Below are positions 17,421-26,609 of a stretch of 64,000 nucleotides of DNA, in pieces. The position numbers and the translations under genes are program-made. This stretch comes from Verrucomicrobiales bacterium. GTDB taxonomy: Bacteria; Verrucomicrobiota; Verrucomicrobiia; Verrucomicrobiales; SLCJ01. The notes below the pieces were generated by a model, which made no database searches, had not been told where the DNA came from, and was given only the letters and a program-made list of their open reading frames with translations. Each line of letters starts with the position of its first letter. Position 1 is the first letter of the stretch. The stretch is from assembly GCA_046075565.1 (NCBI GenBank), contig JBJTQJ010000025.1, forward strand, positions 73,326 to 137,325. The letters run 5' to 3'.

Positions 17421-18269
17421 TTAGCGGCGGGCGGCGTCGAGGGAAAGTTCTTCGGCGAGTATGGCGAGCAACTCGGCCCGCGCAGGGCCGGCCAAGCCCA
17501 GCGCCAATTGGGCGCGCAAGACCCCGAAGCGTGCCTCCAGGTCAGCCCGTCTTCCGCGCAATTCCGCCGCCAGGTATTTTTCCCGCGAGGCAAGGCGTGC
17601 GAGCGCCGGGGTGAGTCCGGCTTTTCCATCTTTGGCTCGCGCCGCTTCTTCTTCTAACAAGGTGAAGATGCTCGGTCCGAGCACGTGCATGCCGAAAAAG
17701 CAGAGGTAAAATCCGCTCCGCAATCCCGGGACGACACATGATTGTTCGGCCAGCGTCGGGGTCGGCTTCTCATAGACATTCTCCACCGTGTAGAGGCCGG
17801 ACCGACCGGGGCACAGCAATCCCGCCACCGTGCCATAGTAGCGCAACTGGCTCTCGTGCGTGGCTTGCACCGCCGAGACCGAACAATCCTGCTCGGCAGC
17901 GATCTCCAGCAACTGCCGGGTGCAACTCGCCTCGACTTCGCTCACATAAAGATGGTCGCTCACTTGCAGCAGGAAAGGTTTGCCGGCGGTGAAATCCTTG
18001 CCGCAAAGCACCGCCTGGCCATAGCCGGAAGGTTTCGCCTGCTCGATGAGGGTGACTTTTCCCCCGAATCCGGAGAGAAGCTGCTCGTAGGCGGCCCGCT
18101 CCGATGGCTTCACCACCACCCCGGCTTTTTCAATCCCGGCCGAGAACAGTTCCTCCAACTGGATGACCATGGCCGCCTTCCAATCGCCCTGGCGATCATT
18201 CAGGTTCTGCATGGGCAGGCGGCGGGAATCCGGACCGGCGGCGGTGATAAGGGCATGTTTAGCTTTCAT
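17421..18269 (-). CDS. GalU-like sugar-phosphate nucleotidyltransferase (degenerate N-terminal motif)
   Basis: TAAGPDSRRLP, EQ..P.GYGQAV, PFLLQVSDH, YEKP. Confidence 0.8.
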   Translation of the reverse strand: MKAKHALITAAGPDSRRLPMQNLNDRQGDWKAAMVIQLEELFSAGIEKAGVVVKPSERAAYEQLLSGFGGKVTLIEQAKPSGYGQAVLCGKDFTAGKPFLLQVSDHLYVSEVEASCTRQLLEIAAEQDCSVSAVQATHESQLRYYGTVAGLLCPGRSGLYTVENVYEKPTPTLAEQSCVVPGLRSGFYLCFFGMHVLGPSIFTLLEEEAARAKDGKAGLTPALARLASREKYLAAELRGRRADLEARFGVLRAQLALGLAGPARAELLAILAEELSLDAARR

Positions 18270-18371
18270 GATAGGCGCTGAGGGCAGTGGCCCGCCACTA
18301 TCCGAAATATTGCCTCAGGAAACAAGTGATTTTAGCGCCATTCCGTTCGCCCGGAGGCGGGGGAAACGCCC

Positions 18372-18851
18372 TCACATCTTGGCTGCCACCGCCCGGCCAA
18401 TCTCCATCAGTCGCGCCTTTTCTTCGTCCGAGAAATCATGGGGCACCATCAGGCCCACGCCAAGCGTGCCCCGTAAGCTGCCGGTGTGCAGACAAGGCAC
18501 GGCCAGCGAGCCTTGCACGTTGGTCGCCCGCGCTCCGGGCTTCGCCACCCCTCCGAGGTCCGCCTGCAAATTGCACAATTCCACCGGCTCCCGGCGTTCG
18601 GCTGCCGCGCCCGCGATGCCCTTGCCTATCGGGATTTTTTCAATGACCGGCATCAATTGCGGCGGAATACCGCGCTGCGCGACCAGTGCCAGCAAATTCG
18701 TCTCCTCATCGAGCCGATGCAGCGTCCCGGTTGTCCCATTGAAGGAGGCGATGGTGGCATCAAGCACTTCCTGCCAATCGATGATGGGTGAGGATAAGAA
18801 ATCGTTAATCTTGGAATCCATGGTGATTGTGTCGGCAATGTATGTTCTCAC
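18372..18851 (-). CDS. Stand-alone GAF domain protein
   Basis: IPIGKGIAGAAAE..EPV and SLAVP....GTLGV GAF signatures; start may be ATG 18821. Confidence 0.85.
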   Translation of the reverse strand: MRTYIADTITMDSKINDFLSSPIIDWQEVLDATIASFNGTTGTLHRLDEETNLLALVAQRGIPPQLMPVIEKIPIGKGIAGAAAERREPVELCNLQADLGGVAKPGARATNVQGSLAVPCLHTGSLRGTLGVGLMVPHDFSDEEKARLMEIGRAVAAKM

Positions 18852-19174
18852 CTTTCCTCCATCTCGCGCAGTTTGTCGCCGATTTCGCGCAGATAGCCGT
18901 AGGAATAGATGCCGGTCCGGTGGCCGTCGGAAAAAGCGATGGCAAGAGCATATCCACCAACCGTCTGCCAGGAAATGACGCGCACTCCGGAGTGGTCGCG
19001 CTTTTCCTCGCCCCCGTATTGTTTTCCTAACAAATCACGTTCACCCATGGTTTCCGCGCTAGGCGACCACGCCCGCAGGCGGTCCATGGGATAAATGTCT
19101 TCCCTTCCATCGGACCAGCGGATGGCGAGAAAGTCGCCGATGGCCTGCACGTCGTCGGGGAGAGGAACTGACAT
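18848..19174 (-). CDS. DUF971 (GBBH N-terminal-like) protein
   Basis: I.WSDG, LRA.SPSAE, VGGYAL.I.FSDGH.TGIYS. Confidence 0.9.
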   Translation of the reverse strand: MSVPLPDDVQAIGDFLAIRWSDGREDIYPMDRLRAWSPSAETMGERDLLGKQYGGEEKRDHSGVRVISWQTVGGYALAIAFSDGHRTGIYSYGYLREIGDKLREMEER

Positions 19175-19181
19175 GGCGGGC

Positions 19182-20180
19182 TCACGCGTGGTTTTGCAGC
19201 AGACGCGCGGCTAACGGCGCGTGGTAAGTGAGGATCATGTCGGCCCCGGCACGTTTGATGCCCACCAATGATTCGAGCACGACCTTGTCGCGGTCGAGCC
19301 AACCGGCGGCGGCGGCCGCTTCGATCATTAGGTATTCACCGCTCACCTGGTAGGCGGCGAGTGGCAGGGTGGTGGACTCGCGCAAGCGGGCCAGCACGTC
19401 GAGATACGGCCCGGCAGGTTTGACCATGAGAATATCAGCACCCTCTTGCTCGTCGAGCATCGCCTCGCGTATGGCCTCGCGGGTGTTGGTCGGGTCCATC
19501 TGATACGTCATCTTGTCGCCTTCCTTGGGAGCGGAGTCGAGAGCCCCGCGGAATGGACCGTAGTAAGCGGACGCATATTTCGCGGTGTAGGCGAGGATGT
19601 TGATTGAGTCGAACCCGGCATCGTCGAGGCTGAAGCGCAGGGCCCCGACCCGACCGTCCATCATATCGCTGGGGGAAATGATATCGGCTCCCGCGCGGGC
19701 ATGGCAAAGGGCCTGCTGGCAAAGCGCATCAACCGTCGCGTCATTCACGATTTCCAGCGAACCATCGGCGGCTCGTTTGACCAATCCATCATGGCCGTCG
19801 GAGTTGTAGGGATCGAGCGCGACATCGGTGATGATACACAATCCCGGATGCGCCGACTTCAAGGCGCGGATGGCCCGCGGGATGAGACCATCGTCATTCC
19901 AAGCTTCTTCGGCACCCGGTGTTTTCAGTTCCGCCGCGATGGCCGGAAAAAGCACCACCGCGGGGATGCCAAGCGCGTGGGCCCGTCCGGCCTCGGCAAC
20001 GAGACCCTCCAGCGACCAACGGGTGCAACCCGGCATCGAAGCGATGGGCTGGTCGTCGTTTCCCGCATGCAGGAAAAGCGGGTAAATGAGGTCGCCGGGC
20101 GCGAGTCGTGTTTCCCGCACGAGCGAGCGGATCGCGGGAGTCCGCCGGTTGCGGCGCGGACGGATGGGGAGGTCGAGCAT
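19182..20180 (-). CDS. hemB: Porphobilinogen synthase
   Basis: RPRRNR, DVALDPY..DGHDG, SPSDMMDGR, YASAYYGPFR, MVKP, AYQVSGEY. Confidence 0.98.
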   Translation of the reverse strand: MLDLPIRPRRNRRTPAIRSLVRETRLAPGDLIYPLFLHAGNDDQPIASMPGCTRWSLEGLVAEAGRAHALGIPAVVLFPAIAAELKTPGAEEAWNDDGLIPRAIRALKSAHPGLCIITDVALDPYNSDGHDGLVKRAADGSLEIVNDATVDALCQQALCHARAGADIISPSDMMDGRVGALRFSLDDAGFDSINILAYTAKYASAYYGPFRGALDSAPKEGDKMTYQMDPTNTREAIREAMLDEQEGADILMVKPAGPYLDVLARLRESTTLPLAAYQVSGEYLMIEAAAAAGWLDRDKVVLESLVGIKRAGADMILTYHAPLAARLLQNHA

Positions 20181-20206
20181 CGCGATGACGAGGTGCCCGT
20201 TTGTCC

Positions 20207-20791
20207 TCAGGCGCGCACCGGGCTTGCCGACGGTGTCGACTGCCGGGCGGGCGCGAGGGCCACGAGGAAGAGGGCGGCGAAACCGAGGTTACCAGCCAGC
20301 GACTTGAGCAGGAAGGCCCAACTCGGGAGGAACCCGGGCAGCCCGGTGGTGTGCGCTTGCACGAGACCGGTCACGGTCTTCGGATAAAGCGGATTCACGG
20401 CCCAAGAAACCGAGTTGGCCAGCAGGTGGAAAGCAACCACGGCCAAGACCGTCGAACCGAGATAGGGAAGGGCCAGTGAAGCGCGGCGGGCCAGCGGGCG
20501 ACCGGCCAAAAATAGCACGGAGTAGAACCCGATGGTCAGCAGCATGTAGGGGTGGAAAGCCGAGGTCTTGTAAACCACGACATTCAGAATGAGATCCGAA
20601 ATCAGGAACGCGGCGGCAGGGACCCAGGCCAGGCGGGCGTTCGGGGCGAGCACGGCAGCTCCCAGCACGAGGGCGGCGAAAGGAGCGAAGCCGGACAATG
20701 GGGCGGCAAGGTCGGCGGAGGCAAATCCTGTCCCCACACGGTAAACCACAACAGCAACTAGGAGAAAGAGAGCAGTCAGTCGCGAATTCAT
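20207..20791 (-). CDS. DUF6580-like putative membrane transport protein
   Basis: About 6 TM helices, FAPFAAL, ISDL, Y.KT..GL.QA...GLP; start reassigned to ATG 20791. Confidence 0.7.
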   Translation of the reverse strand: MNSRLTALFLLVAVVVYRVGTGFASADLAAPLSGFAPFAALVLGAAVLAPNARLAWVPAAAFLISDLILNVVVYKTSAFHPYMLLTIGFYSVLFLAGRPLARRASLALPYLGSTVLAVVAFHLLANSVSWAVNPLYPKTVTGLVQAHTTGLPGFLPSWAFLLKSLAGNLGFAALFLVALAPARQSTPSASPVRA

Positions 20792-21002
20792 AGCCCCACA
20801 AAGTGAACGACACCGTGCCCCTGCGCAAGGGCGGAATGGGAAAATTTGAGGAGAAAGGGAAGAACCGATATCGGTTTTTCGCTTTCCATCATCCCAGCGA
20901 TCCGGAAGCCCTCCCGCCTTGATTTGCCCGATAAACGCAACTCCACGGGGTTTCGGCAATTCCCCTTGGCAATCGGGGCCAATCCGTGGCAGTCTCGTGC
21001 TC

Positions 21003-21407
21003 ATGGCGAACGAGATACCTTGGGAGCGATTGGTGGCTTTGGCGTGGGAGACCCGCGAGCGGGCCTATGCGCCGTATTCCAAATTCCATGTCGGAGCCGC
21101 ATTGCTGGCTGCAGATGGCCGCGTTTTCACTGGATGTAATGTCGAAAACCTGAGTTACGGGTTGACGATCTGCGCGGAGAGAGTGGCCATCGGGAGTGCA
21201 ATCGCGGCAGGAGCGCGAGAATTCCTCGCCCTGGCCGTGGTGGCGGATACCAATGAGCCGATTTCGCCCTGCGGGGCCTGCCGTCAGGTCATGGCGGAGT
21301 TCGGCGATTTCCCGGTGCGAGCATCCAACCGCGCGGGGTTGATGTTCGAGCAGATGGTTTCAGCCTGGCTGCCACGTGGTCACACGGGGATTCTTGACCG
21401 CGCCTGA
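21003..21407 (+). CDS. cdd: Cytidine deaminase
   Basis: AYAPYSKF.VGAA, GCNVEN, CAER, PCGACRQ. Confidence 0.97.
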   Translation: MANEIPWERLVALAWETRERAYAPYSKFHVGAALLAADGRVFTGCNVENLSYGLTICAERVAIGSAIAAGAREFLALAVVADTNEPISPCGACRQVMAEFGDFPVRASNRAGLMFEQMVSAWLPRGHTGILDRA

Positions 21408-21409
21408 GC

Positions 21410-21447
21410 AAAAAAAATTCCGGAGTGCCCGCAAGGTCACTCCGGAA
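21410..21447 (-). terminator. Intrinsic terminator, U-tract on the minus strand
   Basis: Minus strand TTCCGGAGTGACC-TTGC-GGGCACTCCGGAA followed by T8; 13-bp stem with one mismatch. Confidence 0.8.
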
Positions 21448-21568
21448 CAAAGCGCACGGAATTGAACCGGTTGGCTCCCCAACAGAGTCTTGACCCGGAC
21501 CGGTTTGAATTGTTTCCGGGGTCGGAGTTTGTTGACCGCAGAAGTTGGGTGAGGAGTTGGTCGTTCAT
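21437..21568 (-). other. Candidate 43-aa small ORF or small RNA
   Basis: AC-rich leader, ATG 21568, MNDQLLTQLLRSTNSDPGNNSNRSGSRLCWGANRFNSVRFVPE; stop lies in the terminator stem. Confidence 0.4.
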
Positions 21569-21706
21569 GAATTTGGTTCTGATTGGTTTTGTTTTTGTGG
21601 GACGGTCGGGCAGCACGGAATGTTCTTGCACAGATCCCGAGGGTCTTTTGGCGGGTTTTCTCCAGCGAAAGCATTAAAGTATCTTGGATTCCCCTTGTCG
21701 GCGGCG

Positions 21707-23131
21707 GTGCCAAAGTCTAGGCTCGGCGCGTTGGCGGACTTGCCGACGAGAATCCATTTTACCGGGGCCTGTGGGCGGACGGTCGGGTCGTTGGCCGTTG
21801 ATTTGAAGCGTCGCGGCCTGGATATCACCGCCAGCGATGGGGTGTTCCACTCTCCCATGGATCGGGTCTTGGCCGACGCTGGACTGAAAATCCGGGCAAA
21901 GTTTTCCGCCCGGAATGTGGCGGCTGGCACCGAGATGGTCGTGGCCGGGGGGATGGTCGGGCCGGACAACCCCGAATGGCGGGCGGCGAGACGGCGGGGT
22001 ATCCCGGTTCTGCCGATGGCGGAATTTCTCGGGAAACATTTTCCCGCCGGGCAGAAGCGCCTGGTCGTGGCGGGCACCAAGGGCAAGACGACCACCACCG
22101 CCATGCTCGCGTGGATCCTGCGGCACGCGGGCAAAGACCCGGATTGGTTGCTCGGCGGACTGTGTCCTCATTTCGAAATGCCGGTGCGATTCCGGGGCTC
22201 CCGCCGCATGGTGCTGGAGGGCGACGAGTATCCAACCGGGGTGACCGATCCCCGCCCGAAATTCCGCCACTACCGTCCGCATGTCCTCGTGGTCACGAAC
22301 CTCCATTTCGACCATGCCGAGGTCTTCTCCTCGCTGGATGAAATCCGGCGTCATTTTGTGGATGCGGCACGGGAATTGCCCGCGAGTGGCTTGCTGTTGT
22401 TAGGGCCGGATGTCGAAGGATGGAAAGAGATCGCGTCCGCATCCCGCGCTCCGGTTGTCCGCGTGGGATGGGGGAAAAGGTTTGATGCCATGCTTTCAGG
22501 ATTCCGCGTCCACGGCAAGGAAATGGTCTTCGGGGTTGGCGGGAAGGTTTTCAGCGTGCCCGGGGCAGGGCGGATGCTGGCGGTGGATGCGGCATTGGCC
22601 GCGCTTGCCGCCGCCCATATTGGAATCTCTTTGGAAAAATCGATGCAGGCGATGGCGGAGTTTCAGGGGGTGGAGCAACGGCTTCAACCGCTGCATGATT
22701 CGGAAAGGCTGGCGGTTTTAGTGGATAAAGCGTATCACCCCGCCGCCATACGGGAGAACATAGCGGCCTTGTGCTTGCGTTATCCCGGGCGCCGCCTCGC
22801 CATGCTGCTGCAACCCCGCTTTACCGAAGGGCGCGGTAGATATCAGGAACGGGAATTGCCGGAAATTCTAACAGAATTAGATCGACTCGTCTTGCTGGCG
22901 TCGAGTGATCCGAAGCTATTTCCGGGAGGAAAATTCCCGAGCTACCGATTGGCCGCATCGCTCCGCGGGCAGGGACTTGATGTCAGCCTGCTGCGAAAGA
23001 CCGTGGAACTGGCGACGAAACTGCCGCCACACGTGCGGCCAGGCGATGTCTGGTATCTTTGCCTGCCGGCGGGCTGTGAAATTCTAACCGATCCACTGCT
23101 CACAAAGCTCCGGAAGAAACTCGACCCATGA
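21707..23131 (+). CDS. Divergent Mpl/MurC-like Mur ligase
   Basis: IHFTGACG, GTKGKTTT, LEGDEY, NLHFDH, DKAYHP; start uncertain (GTG 21707 or TTG 21731). Confidence 0.85.
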   Translation: MPKSRLGALADLPTRIHFTGACGRTVGSLAVDLKRRGLDITASDGVFHSPMDRVLADAGLKIRAKFSARNVAAGTEMVVAGGMVGPDNPEWRAARRRGIPVLPMAEFLGKHFPAGQKRLVVAGTKGKTTTTAMLAWILRHAGKDPDWLLGGLCPHFEMPVRFRGSRRMVLEGDEYPTGVTDPRPKFRHYRPHVLVVTNLHFDHAEVFSSLDEIRRHFVDAARELPASGLLLLGPDVEGWKEIASASRAPVVRVGWGKRFDAMLSGFRVHGKEMVFGVGGKVFSVPGAGRMLAVDAALAALAAAHIGISLEKSMQAMAEFQGVEQRLQPLHDSERLAVLVDKAYHPAAIRENIAALCLRYPGRRLAMLLQPRFTEGRGRYQERELPEILTELDRLVLLASSDPKLFPGGKFPSYRLAASLRGQGLDVSLLRKTVELATKLPPHVRPGDVWYLCLPAGCEILTDPLLTKLRKKLDP

Positions 23132-24381
23132 AAATTCTCATGACCAATCATCGCCTGCTAAGCGCGGGCGGCACCGAATGGTTCATCGTCGAAACGGCGC
23201 GCGCGTTGCAGTCGCGTGGACATGAGGTGGCGGTCTTCACGCCGGTTGGCGGCGAGATGGCGGAGCGATTGCTGGCGGCGGCGATTCCCGCGGTCGCCTT
23301 GCCGCGTGATTGTCCTTTCGTTCCCGAGATCATCCATGGCCAGCACCATCTCGAGACCATGGCGGCGTTGGCAGCCTGGCCGGGCGTTCCCGCCATCTAT
23401 TTCATCCATGGAGCCACGCCTTGGGAGGAACATCCGCCCGCCCATCCGCGCATCTCGCGGTATCTCGCGCCCGCCCCGCGTTTCTCAAACTGGATCTCCC
23501 GCGAATGTGGCGTGCCCGAAACCATGGTCGAGGCGGTACGCAATTTTTTCGATCCCGACCGGTTTCCCGTGGTCCGTGCGCAGCCGCTGGCGGGCAAACG
23601 CGCCTTGGTTTTCCACAACACGATGGAGTCGGAAGGCGAAGCCGTGGCCGCGCTGCAAGCGGGTTGCGCTTCCGCCGGATACTCCCTCGACCGCGCGGGC
23701 GTGGCCTTCGGAAATATCCTTGCCGAACCCGGTCGTGTGCTGCCGGAATACGATGTGGTATTCGCGGCTGGACGTTCGGCCATTGAAGCGATGGCCTGCG
23801 GGTGCGGAGTGATCCCCGTGATGGCTCGTCAATCGGCGGAAAGGATCCATCCCGGGAATTATGCGGAGATGGTAGATAGAAACTTCACCGCCGAGATCAA
23901 TGCTCCTCCCATGGATGCCGCGAATATCGCCGGTCATCTGCGGGCCTTTCGTGCCGAAGAAATCGCCGAGATCTCCCGCCGCATAAGGGCGGAAGCGACG
24001 CTCGATGCGACGACGGAGCACTTGTTAGATGTTTACCGGACCGCGCTCTCTTCGCCGATTGAGCATACCCCGGAGGCGGAAGCCAAGGCAGTTTCCTCCT
24101 ATCTGGCCAGATTGTCAGCACGGGTGAAGGATGCGGATGCCGCCCGCGACCGGTTGATCGACGAGAAGGACCGCGCGAACCTGCGGTCCGCGAAGTGGAA
24201 AAAACGTGCGGAGACTCTGGCCCGGTCGTTGCGCAGCTTCGAGACCGAGGCAACGCGTGCGCCATTTTGGATACGCCGCTGGTGGCGACGTGTCCGGCGC
24301 GGGGGCAATACGCAACGATGGGCCTCCTCCCTTGGGGAAATCGAAAGCAGGACGATGAATGAGTTGGTCAGGTGCGGCTAA
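23128..24381 (+). CDS. GT-B/GT4-like glycosyltransferase with C-terminal coiled coil
   Basis: MKILMTN...GGTE, GHEV.V, IIHGQH, GRSAIEAMACG; ATGA overlap with the Mur ligase. Confidence 0.85.
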   Translation: MKILMTNHRLLSAGGTEWFIVETARALQSRGHEVAVFTPVGGEMAERLLAAAIPAVALPRDCPFVPEIIHGQHHLETMAALAAWPGVPAIYFIHGATPWEEHPPAHPRISRYLAPAPRFSNWISRECGVPETMVEAVRNFFDPDRFPVVRAQPLAGKRALVFHNTMESEGEAVAALQAGCASAGYSLDRAGVAFGNILAEPGRVLPEYDVVFAAGRSAIEAMACGCGVIPVMARQSAERIHPGNYAEMVDRNFTAEINAPPMDAANIAGHLRAFRAEEIAEISRRIRAEATLDATTEHLLDVYRTALSSPIEHTPEAEAKAVSSYLARLSARVKDADAARDRLIDEKDRANLRSAKWKKRAETLARSLRSFETEATRAPFWIRRWWRRVRRGGNTQRWASSLGEIESRTMNELVRCG

Positions 24382-24634
24382 GTTTCCGATCTTCTCTTTC
24401 CCGGAGGGACGCGATCCCGCAGGGCCGGGTCCGTTACCCGCGCGAATCACGGACCATGCCGGAGAAGCTGCCACGACCGTGCCATGTTCGTCCCTGGGGG
24501 CGGGAAAAGAGCAGGATCATACCCGAAGGATGCCGCTTCCGTCACTTGCCTCCAAGCGAATTCCAACGGCATCGGAAAATCTGTCGCGCCCTTGACGCGG
24601 GGCCATCCTGTCCCGAAACTCTCGTTTCGCCGCC

Positions 24635-26602
24635 ATGAGCCTCTCTTCATCCGCCCCGCATGCCCCTTCGGTTGTCATTACCGCCCTTGTTCCATCCGTG
24701 GATGGCGGGCGGCATCCCGTGAAACGCATCGCCGGTGATGTGCTGCGGGTGGAGGCCGACATTTTCAAGGACGGCCATGATGTGGTGGCGGCGGCTTTGC
24801 TCTGGCGTCCTGTTGGCGAGGAAATCTGGCACGAACAGGCCATGGAAAAAGGCGACAATGACCGCTGGTCGGCCGCCGTCGAGGTGCCGAGGGTCGGACG
24901 TTATGAATACACCGTGGCGGCTTGGCCGGATCTCTTGGTCACTTGGGTCAGGGATTTCCGGAAAAAGGTGGACGCGAGGGTGTCGCCGCTCGATCTCGAA
25001 TTGCAGGAAGGCGCTTTGCTCGTCAAAGGCGCGGCCTTGCGTGCCCGGCTGGCGGGATCGGAAGCCATGGCCCGCGACCTCGTGCAGTTGGGAGAATTGC
25101 TCGGCGGCTTGTCGCCGAACGAAGCCATCGAACTGATGGAAAGCCCGGACGTGAAGACCGTGCTCGCGCCGTGGCCGGATCGCGGGCTCCTCACCTTGCA
25201 CGAGCCGGTGCGTCATCTGATTGTCGAACCCGAGATCGCCCGCTTCTCGGCATGGTACGAGTTTTTCCCCCGCAACGCGCATTGTGATGGTCATACCCAC
25301 GCCACCTTGCGCCAATGCCGGCCCATGCTCGAACACGCCGCAGGTCTCGGCTTCGATGTCATTTATCTCCCTCCCGTGCATCCAATCGGTATCACGAACC
25401 GCAAAGGGAAAAACAACAGCACCACCTGCCAACCGGGCGAAATCGGTTCGCCCTGGGCCATCGGCGGACCAGCAGGCGGGCACACCGCCATCGAACCCGC
25501 ACTCGGGACACTGGCAGACTTCGACTTCTTCCTCTCCGAGGCTCGATCGCTCGGTCTCGAGGTGGCGATGGATTTTGCCCTGCAATGCTCGCCCGATCAT
25601 CCGTGGGTGCGTGAGCATCCCGAGTGGTTCCATGTGCGCCCGGATGGTTCGATCCAATACGCGGAGAATCCTCCGAAAAAATACCAGGACATTTATCCAC
25701 TGCATTTCCACAATCCGGACTGGCGCGCGATGTGGTCCACGCTTAAGGACGCGCTGCTCTTCTGGTGTGCCCGCGGAGTGAGGATCTTCCGGGTGGACAA
25801 TCCGCATACCAAGCCGGTCGCCTTCTGGGAATATGCGATCGCGGAAACGCGCGCCGTTTATCCCGAAACGATTTTTCTTTCCGAAGCTTTCACCACCCCG
25901 AAGATGATGGCCGAGTTGGCGAAGATTGGATTCTCGCAGAGCTACACGTATTTCACTTGGCGCACGAACAAACACGAACTCGCCGCCTACGTGGAAGAAT
26001 TGACCAGCCAACCGGTGGTCGAATTCATGCGCGGGAATTTCTGGCCGAACACACCCGACATCCTAGCCTACGAGTTGTGGAATGCCCCGCCGGCGAAGTT
26101 CCGCATCCGCGCGACACTGGCGGCCTTGCTCATGCCTTCGTGGGGTATGTATTCCGGTTACGAATTCTGCGAGAACAAACCGCTGCCACCGAAAGAGGAA
26201 TACCTCGACTCCGAGAAATACCAGCTCGTGGCCCGCAACCTGCGCGCACAAGGCATCACCGCCGACATCGCCGCCCTCAACCTCATCCGCCGCGAGAACC
26301 CCGCCTGCCGTCTCTACGACAACATCCGATTCGTGCCCGCTGCGAATGATCACATCCTCGCCTGGACCCGGGTAACTCCGGATCAACGCAACCGCCTGCT
26401 CGTGGTGGTGAACATGGATGCCGGCAACACGCAGGCGACCACGCTCGAGCTTCCGCTGCATCTTCTGGGACTTGGTGCCGATCGACCTTTCGCCGTGCGC
26501 GATTTGCTCACCGGGGAGCGGTGGACTTGGCAAGGTGCTCGCAACTACGTCGAGCTGAACCCGCAAATCCGCGTCGCCCACGTTTTCCTGATCGAGAGTT
26601 GA
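24635..26602 (+). CDS. glgE: Alpha-1,4-glucan:maltose-1-phosphate maltosyltransferase
   Basis: WYEFFPR, RKGKNN, AENPPKKYQDIYP, FRVDNPHTKP, SYTYFTWR, EEYLDSEKY. Confidence 0.97.
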   Translation: MSLSSSAPHAPSVVITALVPSVDGGRHPVKRIAGDVLRVEADIFKDGHDVVAAALLWRPVGEEIWHEQAMEKGDNDRWSAAVEVPRVGRYEYTVAAWPDLLVTWVRDFRKKVDARVSPLDLELQEGALLVKGAALRARLAGSEAMARDLVQLGELLGGLSPNEAIELMESPDVKTVLAPWPDRGLLTLHEPVRHLIVEPEIARFSAWYEFFPRNAHCDGHTHATLRQCRPMLEHAAGLGFDVIYLPPVHPIGITNRKGKNNSTTCQPGEIGSPWAIGGPAGGHTAIEPALGTLADFDFFLSEARSLGLEVAMDFALQCSPDHPWVREHPEWFHVRPDGSIQYAENPPKKYQDIYPLHFHNPDWRAMWSTLKDALLFWCARGVRIFRVDNPHTKPVAFWEYAIAETRAVYPETIFLSEAFTTPKMMAELAKIGFSQSYTYFTWRTNKHELAAYVEELTSQPVVEFMRGNFWPNTPDILAYELWNAPPAKFRIRATLAALLMPSWGMYSGYEFCENKPLPPKEEYLDSEKYQLVARNLRAQGITADIAALNLIRRENPACRLYDNIRFVPAANDHILAWTRVTPDQRNRLLVVVNMDAGNTQATTLELPLHLLGLGADRPFAVRDLLTGERWTWQGARNYVELNPQIRVAHVFLIES

Positions 26603-26609
26603 TCCCGCC

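Noticed and set aside
20792-21002. Cobalamin riboswitch upstream of the DUF6580-like gene
   Set aside because: No B12 box or GCCCCCGCAACTGT-like core seen; a promoter-like sequence lies close to the ATG.
21458-21468. tRNA/tmRNA T-loop-like GGTTCAATTCC on the minus strand
   Set aside because: Only a 3-bp T-stem, with no acceptor stem, D-arm or CCA.
21611-21630. Sigma54 promoter-like GCAC...TTGCA
   Set aside because: Lacks the GG at -24 and the spacing is 4 nt too long.
21545-21706. N-terminal extensions in the ORF track (also 6990, 21004, 34581, 39348, 55453, 62542)
   Set aside because: They precede the recognisable family N-terminus or overlap a tRNA or promoter; starts were reassigned downstream.
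24647-26011. 454-aa minus-strand ORF, and similar ones at 37021-38301, 8060-9214 and 57839-58909
   Set aside because: Each lies opposite a well-supported gene and has no recognisable motifs.
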